From an uncultured delta proteobacterium (lineage in GTDB: Bacteria; Desulfobacterota; Binatia; UBA9968): a stretch of 64,000 nt of DNA. The stretch is from NCBI GenBank assembly GCA_963755715.1, contig CAVWLW010000026.1:101910-165909 (forward strand), in the 5' to 3' direction. The number at the start of each line of letters is the position of its first letter. The stretch's first letter is position 1. This document shows positions 10,116 through 21,136 of this stretch, piece after piece. Made by a program: the position numbers and the translations under genes. The notes beneath the pieces are model-generated. The model saw nothing but the letters and a program-made list of their open reading frames with translations, was not told the DNA's origin and did no database searches.

Positions 10116-11099
10116 CTATCGATAAATGCTCTTGATAAAACCGCTGCTCTCGAGATCGCGCACGAAGCGGTCTTCGACCAGGGAATCGACTTTCACCGCC
10201 GCCATCTTGGGATCAGATTCGGCGAGGATTTGCATCAAACTGGTGAGCCCTTCCCGTCTGATATAAGGCACTCGCTCAAACAGGTCGGCAAAGAGCTGGT
10301 GGGTTTCTTCCAAGACTTTATCGTCTTCGACTCGAGGTATTTGCCGATCTGGCGTTTGGCGAAGAGCTTGTCGTTTTTGAAACGCCGGATGCCTTCCACG
10401 GCGCCCGCCAAAAACGGCCTGACGAGATTGCCGTTTTTCTCCAGAAAAGCCGCGCTCACCGTCACGTAAGTGTACGGATAATAAATGTCCTTCTTCGACA
10501 GATCCATCAGCTCGGCGAAGCCCAGCCTCTCCGCCTGTAAATGCGCCGGCGGCGACAGCGCGCCGACCTGGCTCGTGCCGCTCCGCAGCGAGGCGAGCAC
10601 GTTGGGAATGCTGCCGACCTGAAGAATCACCGCGTCCTTTTCCGCCGCCGGCGCCCAATTTTTGAGAAACAACCGCGCCGAAAAATCCGTGGTCGTGCCG
10701 TATCGGGTAATCGCGATCCGCTTGCCGGGAATGTCCGCGGCGGCTTTTGATCTGCGGCGAAGCCATCATCTTCATGACCATGCGATTGAGACTTCCCGCC
10801 ACGCCGATGATCGTTCTTCGCTGCGCATTGGCATGGATGATCGCCGGACCGCCGCCGATGCCGAAGGCGATCTCGCCAGCGAGCATCGATTGAAACAGCT
10901 GCGCCGTGCCGCCGACGTAAACAAGATCGACTTTGAGGCCATGCTGTTCGAAATAGCCGCCCTCTTTCGCGGTCCACAGCCAAGCCATCGACCCGCTCAT
11001 CGCCGAGAAGCCGACCCGTATTCGCTGCTCTTGTGCCGACGCGGCAAGCGATGACATTGTAATCAGCATAAGCGCAACGAGTAACGCGATCTTTTTCAT
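10116..11099 (-). CDS. ABC substrate-binding protein, NMT1/SsuA family, two compensating frameshifts (about 10740 and 10335)
   Basis: MKKIALL signal; WTAKEGGYFEQHGLKVDL. The middle segment is in ORF 10235..10672; the C-terminus reads VEDRFVRDLESSGFIKSIYR. Confidence 0.8.
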   Translation of the reverse strand: MKKIALLVALMLITMSSLAASAQEQRIRVGFSAMSGSMAWLWTAKEGGYFEQHGLKVDLVYVGGTAQLFQSMLAGEIAFGIGGGPAIIHANAQRRTIIGVAGSLNRMVMKMMASPQIKSRRGHSRQADRDYPIRHDHGFFGAVVSQKLGAGGGKGRGDSSGRQHSQRARLAAERHEPGRRAVAAGAFTGGEAGLRRADGSVEEGHLLSVHLRDGERGFSGEKRQSRQAVFGGRRGRHPAFQKRQALRQTPDRQIPRVEDDKVLEETHQLFADLFERVPYIRREGLTSLMQILAESDPKMAAVKVDSLVEDRFVRDLESSGFIKSIYR

Positions 11100-11239
11100 T
11101 GATGCCCCAGAGAGTTTCGCGACCTTTTGCAAATTTATTCTATGTTTTACATCTGTCAACACGGACCAAGAATTCTCGCGGAACACCCATTTTGGAGCTC
11201 GGCGCGTCAATAATCTACTATGTGCTAACGCGGTGAGAG

Positions 11240-12670
11240 CTAACTAAAAATTTCTTTCCACTTCGCCTTGATCTCGTCCCGGTAACCGGGATCGATGGAA
11301 TGAACCTTGGGAAACTTATCGCGCCAGGCAAAAGGCCGGCACGCGTCGATTATCGCCCGCGAGTTGGTGAAATCGCCGGCGCTGCGCTGTTCAGGCGTAA
11401 GCCGCGGATCGATGGGGCTGCTCCAGCAATTACTCGCGATCTCGATGCCGGTCTTTGGATCGCAGCGGGTGCACACGGCCCACATGACGTCGGCCATGTT
11501 CGCGGGATCGATATCGTCGTCCACGAGCACGACGAAACGGCCGAGATAGCCGCCCTCGCGCGCGCCGAGAGCGATGTGCGCCGCTTGCCGGGCGTGGCCG
11601 CCGTAGCGTTGTTTGAGCGAGATCACCTGAAAGAAGCGCATGCCCCATTCGGCGAGCCACACGCCTTTGATGTCGGTGATGCCGGCTTGCTCGATTTCGT
11701 TCCATAAGCCCGCCGCGCAGAAAACCAAAAACAAATAACTCGACAACGGATAACTCTTGAAATCCGGCAGCACGGTGAGAATCGGATCGTTGCGATGGTA
11801 AACCGATTTGATTCGAATCAGCGGCGACGGGCGCGTTCCCGAGGCGTAGTAGCCGGTCCACTCGCCGAATGGCCCTTCCATTTCCGATTCGACTTCGGGT
11901 GGCGGGATTTCTCCTTCGAGCACAATGTCCGCCCCGGCGGGAATCGGCAGCCCGGTCATTTCGCCATGGATCACTTCCACCGGAGACTTTTGAATATGAC
12001 CGGCGAAATCGTATTCCGACATGCCCCAGGGTAAACCGACGCCTGCCACCGCGAACAACACCGGATCGATGCCGCAGACCAAGGCCACCGGACAGGCGCG
12101 TCCCTGCTCCCAATATTTCTGCGCGATCAAACGGGTCTGTTTTCCCGGCGACACGTAAAGAGAAACCCGCTGCTCATCGATCACCTGAACGCGGGCGGTG
12201 CCGAGATTGACCCAGCCCGCATCCGGATCCTTCGTAATCACTGCGTCGGCCGTGCCGAGATATCTGCCGCCGTCTTCGCGGTGCAGCTTGGGCGCGGGAA
12301 AGCGCAAAACGTTGGCGTCCTTGCCGGCGAAAAAATTTTCCTGGATCGGTCCGTTGTCGCGCAAGACCGGCGGCAGCGGCGCCACGGACTTCAAAATATC
12401 TTTGACTGCGCGCACTAGATCGACGCCCCTTAGAGTAGTCGGCAAGCCAAGAGCCAACGCGGTGCGCGACTGGGTTTGAAACATGTTCGTTAGAATGCGA
12501 AATCCCGGCGGATAATCCTTGATATCTTCAAAGAGCAGCGCCGGTGGATTGGGCTCCGCGCCGGAGATTTCAGTGATCGCGCCGACTTCCAGGTTCCAAT
12601 CGGCGTTGCGCACGGTTTTCAACTCGCCGAGCTTTTCTGTTCCCTTCAAGAACTCTCTCAAGTCAGTCAT
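11240..12670 (-). CDS. UbiD-family prFMN-dependent (de)carboxylase
   Basis: DLREFL, PALLFEDIKDY, DGGRYLGT, EGPFGEWTGYY and VVLVDDDID motifs. Confidence 0.92.
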   Translation of the reverse strand: MTDLREFLKGTEKLGELKTVRNADWNLEVGAITEISGAEPNPPALLFEDIKDYPPGFRILTNMFQTQSRTALALGLPTTLRGVDLVRAVKDILKSVAPLPPVLRDNGPIQENFFAGKDANVLRFPAPKLHREDGGRYLGTADAVITKDPDAGWVNLGTARVQVIDEQRVSLYVSPGKQTRLIAQKYWEQGRACPVALVCGIDPVLFAVAGVGLPWGMSEYDFAGHIQKSPVEVIHGEMTGLPIPAGADIVLEGEIPPPEVESEMEGPFGEWTGYYASGTRPSPLIRIKSVYHRNDPILTVLPDFKSYPLSSYLFLVFCAAGLWNEIEQAGITDIKGVWLAEWGMRFFQVISLKQRYGGHARQAAHIALGAREGGYLGRFVVLVDDDIDPANMADVMWAVCTRCDPKTGIEIASNCWSSPIDPRLTPEQRSAGDFTNSRAIIDACRPFAWRDKFPKVHSIDPGYRDEIKAKWKEIFS

Positions 12671-12747
12671 AGTTACTTCCCTCTAAACACGGTGAAGTTC
12701 GATTTTTTCACCGGGACATCATGAATGGGATTGAAGTCATTCGGAGT

Positions 12748-12825
12748 CCCTTCGACAGGCTCAGGACAAACGGGAAAAACTTGCAACAGCTGAGAGAAAT
12801 CCGTGCATGCTGAGCTTGTCGAAGC
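12748..12825. repeat. CTTCGACAGGCTCAG / CTGAGCTTGTCGAAG intergenic palindrome (REP/MITE-like)
   Basis: 15-bp near-perfect inverted repeat 12750-12764 / 12810-12824. Confidence 0.65.
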
Positions 12826-12885
12826 ATTCCGAGTTCTTTTGCAGCACCCTGCTGGTGAAGAATCCTCTTTTCGAGAGCCGTTGAC

Positions 12886-13851
12886 TCAGCCTTTGATGAT
12901 TTCTCGCAGCAAGCGAAAGTCATACATCTTCTGCTCCGCCTGCTGGCGCGTAACATTTTGGATTTCCGTTTTCGGCAGCATCAAGCGTGACAGCTCGAAG
13001 TCGTCGATCAGCGAGCGCTCCGACGGCACGCCGTCGTTGGTCATGATGCCGTAGTAGAAATCATAGGTTTGCTTGGCGACCTCGGGCTCCATGGGAGTGA
13101 CGCGGTTGAGCGCCGTAATACTTTCGCTCTGGTTCTTCTTGTCGAGAAAAAACCTAAGACCCTTCACCGTTCCCCTGATAAAGCGGCGCACTAGTTCCGT
13201 TTGTTGTTGAATCAGCCTTTCGGAAGTCACCAGGCCCGACATCGGCATCTGAATCGCATCGCCGACGTAGCCCAGGCGCACCATTCCCATTTTATCCGCC
13301 ATATTGGTGAACGGCGGCCGAATCAGTCCGGCCTCGACGGCGCCGCCGGCAAGCGCCGGCCAGATATCGCCGACCGATAAGATGCGCACGTCGCGATCCG
13401 CATCGAGACCGAGGCGCTCCACCACCTTGCGCGTCGCGTAATAAGTCGTCGAGCCCAAGCCGGTCACGGCGATCCGTTTGCCTTTTAAATCCGCGGCCGC
13501 GCGCACACCGAGATCCGGGCGCGCGTATAAAAAGTGATAGGGCTTGTCGCAATAAACCATGATCGCCTTGATCGTCATGCCGGAGAGCGCGGCCCGAACG
13601 CCGGTGCCGAGGGCGAGCGTGAAATGAACCGATCCCGCTTGCAGCGCCTGGGAAGCGGTCACGCCGCCGCGGATGTAGAGGTCTTTCACTTGAAAGCCTT
13701 CGTCGCGATAAAAATTTTTCTCCTTGGCGATATAGTAAGGGATGTCGCCGAAGGTCAGCGCCGGATGAGCGACGAAGATTTCCTGGGCGAAACTATTGTC
13801 GGGTATACCGGCGAATAACACGGCAATAATGCCGACCGCTAGCAAGACCAC
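12886..13851 (-). CDS. ABC substrate-binding protein, NMT1/SsuA family
   Basis: PYYIAKEKNFYRDEGFQV, DLKGKRIAVTGLGS, MSGLVTSE and YDFRLLRE motifs. Confidence 0.85.
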   Translation of the reverse strand: MVLLAVGIIAVLFAGIPDNSFAQEIFVAHPALTFGDIPYYIAKEKNFYRDEGFQVKDLYIRGGVTASQALQAGSVHFTLALGTGVRAALSGMTIKAIMVYCDKPYHFLYARPDLGVRAAADLKGKRIAVTGLGSTTYYATRKVVERLGLDADRDVRILSVGDIWPALAGGAVEAGLIRPPFTNMADKMGMVRLGYVGDAIQMPMSGLVTSERLIQQQTELVRRFIRGTVKGLRFFLDKKNQSESITALNRVTPMEPEVAKQTYDFYYGIMTNDGVPSERSLIDDFELSRLMLPKTEIQNVTRQQAEQKMYDFRLLREIIKG

Positions 13852-13891
13852 GCGAAGTTCGAGAACCTCCCAGCACGATTTTCTCCGTAAA

Positions 13892-14903
13892 TTATTTAAG
13901 CTGCGCCATCAAGTCGCGCCAACGCCGGATAAAGCCGAGCTTGTCGTCGAAGTGAACGTTCAGCCAGATTTTTTTTACGCCGTAGCCCGCCATGCGTGTC
14001 GAGCGTGGCGAGACAATCGTCGGCTGTTCCGACGATCGCATAGCGATCGGCAAGATACGATTCCAAACCGCTCTCGCGCACCAGCGCCGCGTTAGTCGTT
14101 CCTGCGCCGGGCTTTTGATGCTCTAAATAATTGTAGCCTTTGTGGATGCGCTCGAGGATATCCTTGTACTCCGGCGGCACTTGCTTGTCCTGTTCCGGGA
14201 AGCGCGCCAAATGATTTGCTTTGGCGGCGAGCAGCATGCGGATCACCGACAAGGCTTCGTCGCGACTGTTACCGATATACGCGCTCAAAGCCCACCAGAC
14301 ATCGAGATCATCGAGCTTTCGCCCGGTGCGCGCGGCGCCTGCGCTGATCGACGCATAGGCGTGGCGCACCACGTCGTCGCCAACCCCGGTGCCGACGATA
14401 ACGCCGTCGGCGTATTCTCCGGCGAGCTCGAGAGTCTTCGGTCCGTGACCGGCGATGTAGATCGGGATATCCGCTTTGCCCCAGGTCAATTTGAGCTCAT
14501 GACCCTGATAGTTTGTGCTCTCGCCGCGCAGCAGCGCCCGCAGACAGGCGGTAAACTCGCCGAGCACTGCAAGCTTCACCGGTTTTAGACCGATATTGAA
14601 AACTGCGCTGTCGCCGGTACCGAGCCCCGCAAAGACCCGCCCCGGCGCCAATTCGTTCAACGTCAAAAGCGCGCTCGCCGTCACGGTGGGATGGCGCGTG
14701 AGCGCATTGGTCACCCGCGGCCCAAGCTGAATCGATTTCGTCGCCTGCATCCCTGCAACGCAGCTGATATAGAGCTCGCGATAGATCGCCTGCGAGTCGA
14801 CCATGCCGATCCGCTCGAAACCGGCCTCTTCGGAAGCGCGACACCATTCACTGACTTCTCTGGGATGATTGGGCGCGAAGCTGATGCCAAAAGAAAGTGC
14901 CAT
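13892..14903 (-). CDS. LLM-class flavin-dependent oxidoreductase (luciferase-like / Mer-like), C-terminal frameshift near 13995
   Basis: GPRVTNALTRHPTVTASA..LNELAPGRVFAGLGTGD, PIYIAGHGPKTLELAGEYADG. The true tail GYGVKKIWL...AQLK* is in another frame. Confidence 0.88.
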
Positions 14904-14944
14904 CGAGAGATCTCCTCAGAGTTGAGCCGATTTAAAACCTGCCG

Positions 14945-17036
14945 CTACGTTTTCGGCGCGACGTTCACCGCGCCATCATCGAACGACATTTCATAATCGC
15001 CAAAGTCGTTGACCGAGAGTTCCCACTGTGGCGGAATCACCACCGTCGTCGTCGGCTCTTCGACAATCGCCGGCCCATGCACCGTCATGGATGGCGCCAA
15101 CCCGGCGCCGTCGAATACCGGTGCTTCGATCTTCACGCCATCGAAAACAACCTGGCGCCGTTTGCTCTCGACCGATCGACTCGAATGAGTCGTGCGCTTT
15201 TCCGACGACGGCCGTTCGGTTCGGCCGACGGCGGTGAGCCGCCAATGGAGCGCTTCGGCGGGCTGATCCGGCAAATTGTAACTATAGAGCCGGCGGTGTT
15301 GGGCATCGAAGGCCTTCTTGAGCTCGGTGAAACTTTCGTCCGGCGCGGCAAACGGGATCGTCACCTCGTGGAACTGGCCAACGTACTTTAGATCGACGCC
15401 GTAGGATAGCTCGATGTCTTCTTTGCGCACGCCTTCTTGACTCAGAGTCTCGATCGCTTCCTCCGCCATCTCTCGGTAAAGCGCGTGAATTTTTTCCGGC
15501 GAAATTTTCGTAAGCTCGCCGGACAAGGTGCGCACATAGTCGTGTTTCAAGTCCGACAAAAGCATTCCCGCCGCGCAGAAAACCGACGCGTTGCGCGGAA
15601 TCAGCAAATGACGAATTCCCAACTCCGCCGCGATCGCCGCGGCGTGCACCGCGCCGGCGCCGCCGGCGACGATCAGCACGCACTGGCGCGGGTCGTGCCC
15701 GGCGCCGATCGAGACTAATCGGATGGCGTCGGCCATCGTCGTATTGACCAGCCGATGGATGCCCTCCGCTGCGTGCAGCCTGTCGATCGCCAATGGCCCG
15801 GCGATCTTGTCGGCAATACCGTTCTCAGCCGCGGCCAAATCGAGCCGAAACTTGCCGCCGAGAAAGTCATCCGCGCCCAAATAGCCCAAAACCAGATCGG
15901 CGTCGGTCACGGTTGGCGCCGTACCGCCGCGGCCATAGCAAATGGGTCCGGGATCGGCGCCGGCGCTGGCCGGCCCGACCTGCAACACGCCGCCTTCATC
16001 GACGACGGCGATGCTGCCGCCGCCCGCGCCGACGGTGCGAATATCGAGCACGGGAAAGGCCATCGCGTGGCCGCCCACCGATCCTTCTGTCGTGAAACTA
16101 ACCTGGCCGTTCTTGATGAAAGAAACGTCAAAGCTCGTGCCGCCCATGTCCATGGTGATGAGATCCTGGTGACCGGCTCGCGTGCCGCAAAAAATCCCCG
16201 CCACCGGCCCGCCCGCCGGTCCCGACAAAAGCGTGCGACAGGCAAAGCGCGCAGCCATCTCGGGCGCCATCACGCCGCCGTTGGACTGCATAATCAGCAA
16301 TCGGCCGTAAAACCCGGCGCTCTCCAGACGCGCCGTCAAGCGTTCGAGATAGCGGGTCAGAATCGGTCCGACGTAGGCGTTAAGCGCGGTTGCGCTGTGT
16401 CGCTCATAGGCGCGCAGCTGTGGCAACACCTCGGTCGACAACGAAACATAGGCGGTGGGAAAATCTTCTTTGAGAATTTCTGCGACTTCGAGCTCGTGGA
16501 CCGGATTCAAGAACGAGAAGAGAAAACTCACCGCCACCGATTCGACGCCGTTGCGCGTTTAAGCGCGTCGAATGACTGCGCGCGACGCCCTGGCGGTCCA
16601 ACGGGACATTCTCGCGCCCTTCGCAATCGACGCGCTCGACGACGGTATAGCTCAAAGAGCGCGGCACCAGCGGCGCGGGCGGCGCGCATTTGGAATTGAA
16701 CTGATCCTCGCGCACGCCGCGGCGCATCAACAACACATCGCGAAATCCCTCGGTGGTGACAAAGCCGGTTTTGGCGCCTCGGCCGGTAAGCACGGCGTTG
16801 GTAGTGATCGTCGTGCCGTGCACGATGCGTATCACCGCCGCGAGAAAATCATTAATTGGAAGCCCAGTTTTGCTCGCGAGCTTTTCGAGACCGTCCAACA
16901 CCCCTTTGGAAGGATCTTCCGGCGTGGTGAAAGTCTTCTCGACGACGGTGCTTCCGTCGGCCTGCACCAGAACACAGTCGGTAAAAGTCCCACCGACGTC
17001 GATACCGATCAAAGAGCCTGTTTTAATCCGGGACAT
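14945..17036 (-). CDS. Hydantoinase A / 5-oxoprolinase-like ATP-binding subunit, frameshift near 16560
   Basis: IGIDVGGTFTD, HGTTITTNA, LLSGPAGG, DMGGTSFD, GAGGGSIA and TVTDADLVLG motifs. Confidence 0.9.
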
Positions 17037-17191
17037 TGCGCGGTGCGGGTCGAAGCAAGAATTGCGGCACCAAAAAGTCTTGGCAAGTTCCGAGCCTCGC
17101 TATTGAGGATTGATCATCATGAGACGTTCATTTCCATTGGAATCGGGATTGGTATGTGCGCCCGGGAAATCTTTTTAGTCCATTGCAGCCA

Positions 17192-17225
17192 CCCCTCTTT
17201 GAAAAAGAGGGGCCGGGGGAGATTT
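17192..17225. repeat. CCCCTCTTT-N3-AAAGAGGGG...GGGGGAGATTT palindromic element
   Basis: Perfect 9-bp stem with a conserved tail; a sister copy lies at 54989-55023. Confidence 0.55.
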
Positions 17226-17238
17226 ATTGCTATCGTGT

Positions 17239-19041
17239 TCACGCAGATTTTCGCTCCGCGGCCTTCCGCCGCGAGCGTTCTTGTTGGGTCGCCTGCAAAT
17301 TGATCTTACGATTGCCATCCGCACCGGCAATCGCCACGCCATAGTCGGCCAGCGCCGCTCCTTCCGACACCAGCCCGTCAATGACGTCATGTAGAACTTG
17401 ATCGGCGTCGCGCTCCAGTGGATCGCCGAACCCGCCACCGCCCTGAGACACGAGCTCGAAAGTATCTCCTTCATCGATCGCGTGAAAAGCATTGACGCCT
17501 AGCTCTCGCTGCGTGCCGTCGCGCGAAATAACTTTCATCCGCGGCAACGAGCCCGGCTTAGCGCCCAGGAGACCATAGGCGCGCGTCTCTTCGAGCATGC
17601 CCGAGCCGACAGTGACGCATTGGATCTCGGACGTTTCGACGCGCCAGCGGAGCATGGCGCCGGTGCCGCCGCGCCATCGTCCGGCTCCGCCCGTGTCCGG
17701 CGCCAACTCGTATTGCAATAGTGTGTACGGGTACGCCACTTCGAAAATCTCCGGGTCGGTGGCGCGCGAGCCGCCCATGTTACTCACCGGACCGGTGTGG
17801 TTCCAACCATCGTAGCCTTCCGTGGCGCCCGAGCCGCCTTTGCAATTGTGATGCGTGCACACGAAGGCTCGGCCGGTGCGCGGGTTGTGCCCAGCGCTCA
17901 TCGGCGCGCATCTGCGGCCCCAGCCGGCTTGCGACTGGGCGGGAACCGCCTTGGCCAGCGCGATCCAGATCGCGTCGGCGATGGCTGCGCAAGTGAGCAA
18001 CGTCGACGCCGTCGTCGGCGCCGGCGGACGGCAATTGACGATGGAACCTTCCGGCGCGACGATGTCGATCAAGCGCAGCGAGCCGGCGTTGATCGCAATC
18101 GCCGAACCGATACAGGCAAACAGCGCCTGGAAGCAGACCGACGCCGTGTTCGCCAAGGGACTGTTGACGTAGCCTCGCGTCTGCTTATCTGAGCGGGAAA
18201 AATCGAAGCTTAATCTCTGGCCGTCGACTTTGAGATCGACGCGGACGTTCGCCACGCGGTCCATTTCAATGCCGTCGTTGTCGAGCCCGCGCTCGCCGGA
18301 ATAGGCGCCGTCCGGGATAGCGTGAATCGCGGCGGCCATCTTTTTTTCCGTGGCGCTCAAATAGGAATCGATCGCTGCTTCTACAGTCGCGCTGCCGTAG
18401 CGATCCAGCAGCTCTATTAGCGCTTCTTCGCCCCGCGCCGTTGCGCCGATCTGACAATGCAGATCGCCTTCGACCAGATGACGGCTCTTGACGTTTAAGA
18501 GGATCAGATCCCAGATGTCGCTTTGGTATGTGCCGCGATCGTAGAGCTTGATCGCCGGCAAACGCAGCCCCTCTTCCCAAACCGTTTTGGCCGCCGGGTT
18601 GTAACCCGCCACACCGGCGCCGCCGAGATCCGCCTGGTGCCCTTTGGTCACTGACCAGAAAGCGAGCCGTTCCTGGTAAAACACCGGGCGCGCGATGGTA
18701 ACGTCGGGAAGGTGGCTGTTACCCTCGTAAGGATCATTGGCGATGATCACGTCGCCGGCATGAAGCTCCTGGTTTTGATATTTGCGACAGATCGCCTTCA
18801 TGGCGAAAGGGATCGCGCCGAGCAGCACGGGAATATAAGAAGTCTGGGCAACCAATTGCGCCTGGTCATCGAAGATCGCAGTAACAAAGTCGCGCGACTC
18901 GCTGAAGATCGGCGAGCGCGACGTGAGCAGCATGATCTGCCCCATCTCCTTGGTAATGGCGGTAAGGCGGTTGGCGATCACCGCCACCGAGATAGGATCA
19001 ACGGATGGCGCGGTCATGGATAAATTCAGTTTCGCTGCCAT
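17239..19041 (-). CDS. Hydantoinase B / oxoprolinase family subunit
   Basis: TSRSPIFSESRDF, NDPYEGNSHLPD, HQADLGG, EEGLRLP, GGAGRWRGG and GGGGFGDP motifs. Confidence 0.92.
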   Translation of the reverse strand: MAAKLNLSMTAPSVDPISVAVIANRLTAITKEMGQIMLLTSRSPIFSESRDFVTAIFDDQAQLVAQTSYIPVLLGAIPFAMKAICRKYQNQELHAGDVIIANDPYEGNSHLPDVTIARPVFYQERLAFWSVTKGHQADLGGAGVAGYNPAAKTVWEEGLRLPAIKLYDRGTYQSDIWDLILLNVKSRHLVEGDLHCQIGATARGEEALIELLDRYGSATVEAAIDSYLSATEKKMAAAIHAIPDGAYSGERGLDNDGIEMDRVANVRVDLKVDGQRLSFDFSRSDKQTRGYVNSPLANTASVCFQALFACIGSAIAINAGSLRLIDIVAPEGSIVNCRPPAPTTASTLLTCAAIADAIWIALAKAVPAQSQAGWGRRCAPMSAGHNPRTGRAFVCTHHNCKGGSGATEGYDGWNHTGPVSNMGGSRATDPEIFEVAYPYTLLQYELAPDTGGAGRWRGGTGAMLRWRVETSEIQCVTVGSGMLEETRAYGLLGAKPGSLPRMKVISRDGTQRELGVNAFHAIDEGDTFELVSQGGGGFGDPLERDADQVLHDVIDGLVSEGAALADYGVAIAGADGNRKINLQATQQERSRRKAAERKSA

Positions 19042-19279
19042 GATAAGCTATTTCCAACGTGGTGAAAATTTGTCGCCGATCTCAATCGTAGCAAACATGT
19101 GATTAGTAGCTGCGATCGGCTTATGGTGTCAAGCGCCGATCTACGGTTGCGCAATTCGCCGATGGTGCAAATGTTTGTCCTCTCTCCTCGTCTCCCTGTC
19201 TCCCGATCGCCACACCAGTTCTCCCATTTGCCATTCGATTTTTTCGGAGTTATACCGAAAAAAATCAAGAGATAACGTC

Positions 19280-19453
19280 ATGGGAGACTTGCCAGATATC
19301 GACGCAACTGAACTCTCTTCCGAGCAGCGCGCGATCTACGATCAGATCATTCGCGCGTCCGGTCACAGGCGCGGGACGCTCGCTTTGCGGCTGCGCAACG
19401 CCGAGCTGCTGAGCCACTCACGCGCAAAGGATCTCTATCGGCTTCCAGAGTAG
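19280..19453 (+). pseudogene. Truncated paralog fragment of the CMD-family gene at 8352
   Basis: MGDLPDIDATELSSEQRAIYDQIIRASGHRRGTLALRLRNAELL aligns to MPRLPEIDATQLSPEQHVIYDRLMRERGHMRGPFAVWLRNAELC, then diverges and stops. Confidence 0.7.
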
Positions 19454-19479
19454 CAGATTTTTGCCCGGCTGGGTTCCCC

Positions 19480-20674
19480 ATGTCCTTCGCACAGGAAATT
19501 GTTTGCGCGCGTTGTCAGAAAAAGTTTCGGCCTATCTGAGCTCCTCAACCTCTGCCCCTGCGGTTCGCCTCTGCTGGTTCGTTACAATCTCAAAACCGCG
19601 AAAACCTTCGACAAGTCTTCGCTCCACCATCGAATCGCTTCGCTGTGGCGCTACCGCGAGCTTTTGCCGCTGCAAGATGACGCCAATCTAGTCTCTTTGG
19701 GCGAAGGCTGGACGCCGCTTCTGCGCGCAAAGAAGCTCGGCACCGAGCTGGGTTTGCACCAACTTTGGATCAAAGACGAAGGGCAAAATCCGACCGGCTC
19801 CTTCAAGGATCGCGGCCTTGCGCTGGCGATCTCCCGCGCAAAAGAATTGGGCGTAAAAAAGGCGGCGATTCCATCGGCGGGAAACGCCGGCGGCTCTTTT
19901 GCGGCTTATGCCGCGCGTGCCGGCATCGAAGCTCACGTGTTCATGCCGCGCGATACACCGATGGCGAATCGGATTGAAGTGGAGCAGTACGGTGCCAAAC
20001 TCACCTTGGTCGACGGCCTGATCCATGATTGCGGCCGCATCATCGCCGAAAAGAAATCAACCGAAGGCTGGTTCGACGTCTCTACGCTGAAAGAGCCCTA
20101 TCGGCTCGAAGGCAAAAAGACCATGGGCTACGAGATTGCCGAACAACTCAATTGGCATCTGCCGGATGTGATCATCTACCCCACCGGCGGCGGCACGGGA
20201 CTCATCGGCATGTGGAAAGCTTTTGCCGAGCTCGAAGAACTGGGCTGGATCGGCAGCGCGCGGCCGCGCATGGTATCGGTTCAAGCGAGCGGCTGCGCGC
20301 CGATCGTCAAAGCCTTTACCGAAAACAAATCGACCGCGGAGCTTTGGCAAAATGCTGCAACCATCGCCGCCGGTTTGCGCGTGCCGCAAGCGGTCGCGGA
20401 TTTTTTAATATTACAAACGATCCGAGAGAGCCACGGTACGGCAATGAGCGTCAGCGACGACGAGATGCTGGCGGAAATTCCGCGGGTTGGAAAAGCCGAA
20501 GGCATTTTTTTCTGTCCCGAAGGCGCAGCTTGTGTGGCAGCGCTGCGCCGTCTGGTCGAAAACAGCTGGATCCACCCGAACGACGAGGTGCTTATTTTCA
20601 ACACCGCAAGCGGTCTCAAATATATAGATGTCATCCACCGACCTTTCCTATCGAGTTCGCGGACGAGAAATTAG
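19480..20674 (+). CDS. thrC: Threonine synthase (PLP fold II) with N-terminal Zn-ribbon; frameshift near 19530
   Basis: ATG 19480 gives MSFAQEIVCARCQKKF, which joins LNLCPCGSPL. SLGEGWTPL, NPTGSFKDRG, SAGNAG, EGKKTMGYE and YPTGGG motifs. Confidence 0.8.
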
Positions 20675-20869
20675 CACGGACAGCCTTTCCGAATCGCGCG
20701 AGATTGTCGTGAGCTGAATATGAAGCAGCGGCACATCATGCGGAAAATGGATTGTATCCACCGTCTCGCGCGATAACCAGAGTTTTTTGAGCGATTTCCA
20801 TCTGCTACTTGAAAGTACATCGCCGGCGCGCGAATCTAATAGAGACATACAAACCATACGGGGGACAAG

Positions 20870-21136
20870 ATGGAAAATCAAAAATGTCCCGTGCTCGTCG
20901 GTAGCAAAGCATGCGGCCTCGCACTCAGCCTGGTCGCGCGCGAAATTGAAAGCGCAACCGAAGTCTATGAATGTCCGCTCGGCCATCGCACGGAGGTCCC
21001 ATTCGGCGAACTCGAGAAAAGAAAATGCTCCGTTCTAGCGAATGGCAAGGAATGTGGGCTTGCGCTCAGTGTGGTCGAGCGGGAACTCGAAACCGGCACG
21101 GAAATTTACGAGTGCCCACTCGGCCATCGCACCTAG
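20870..21136 (+). CDS. Small protein of two tandem 47-aa C-x8-C-x19-C-x3-H repeats (putative Zn-binding)
   Basis: CPVLVGSKACGLALSLVAREIESATEVYECPLGHRT and CSVLANGKECGLALSVVERELETGTEIYECPLGHRT; RBS GGGGA upstream. Confidence 0.7.
   Translation: MENQKCPVLVGSKACGLALSLVAREIESATEVYECPLGHRTEVPFGELEKRKCSVLANGKECGLALSVVERELETGTEIYECPLGHRT

Noticed and set aside
21134-21136. Pyrrolysine readthrough of TAG
   Set aside because: There are no pyl genes in the window and only one such codon. A nonsense change or base error is simpler.
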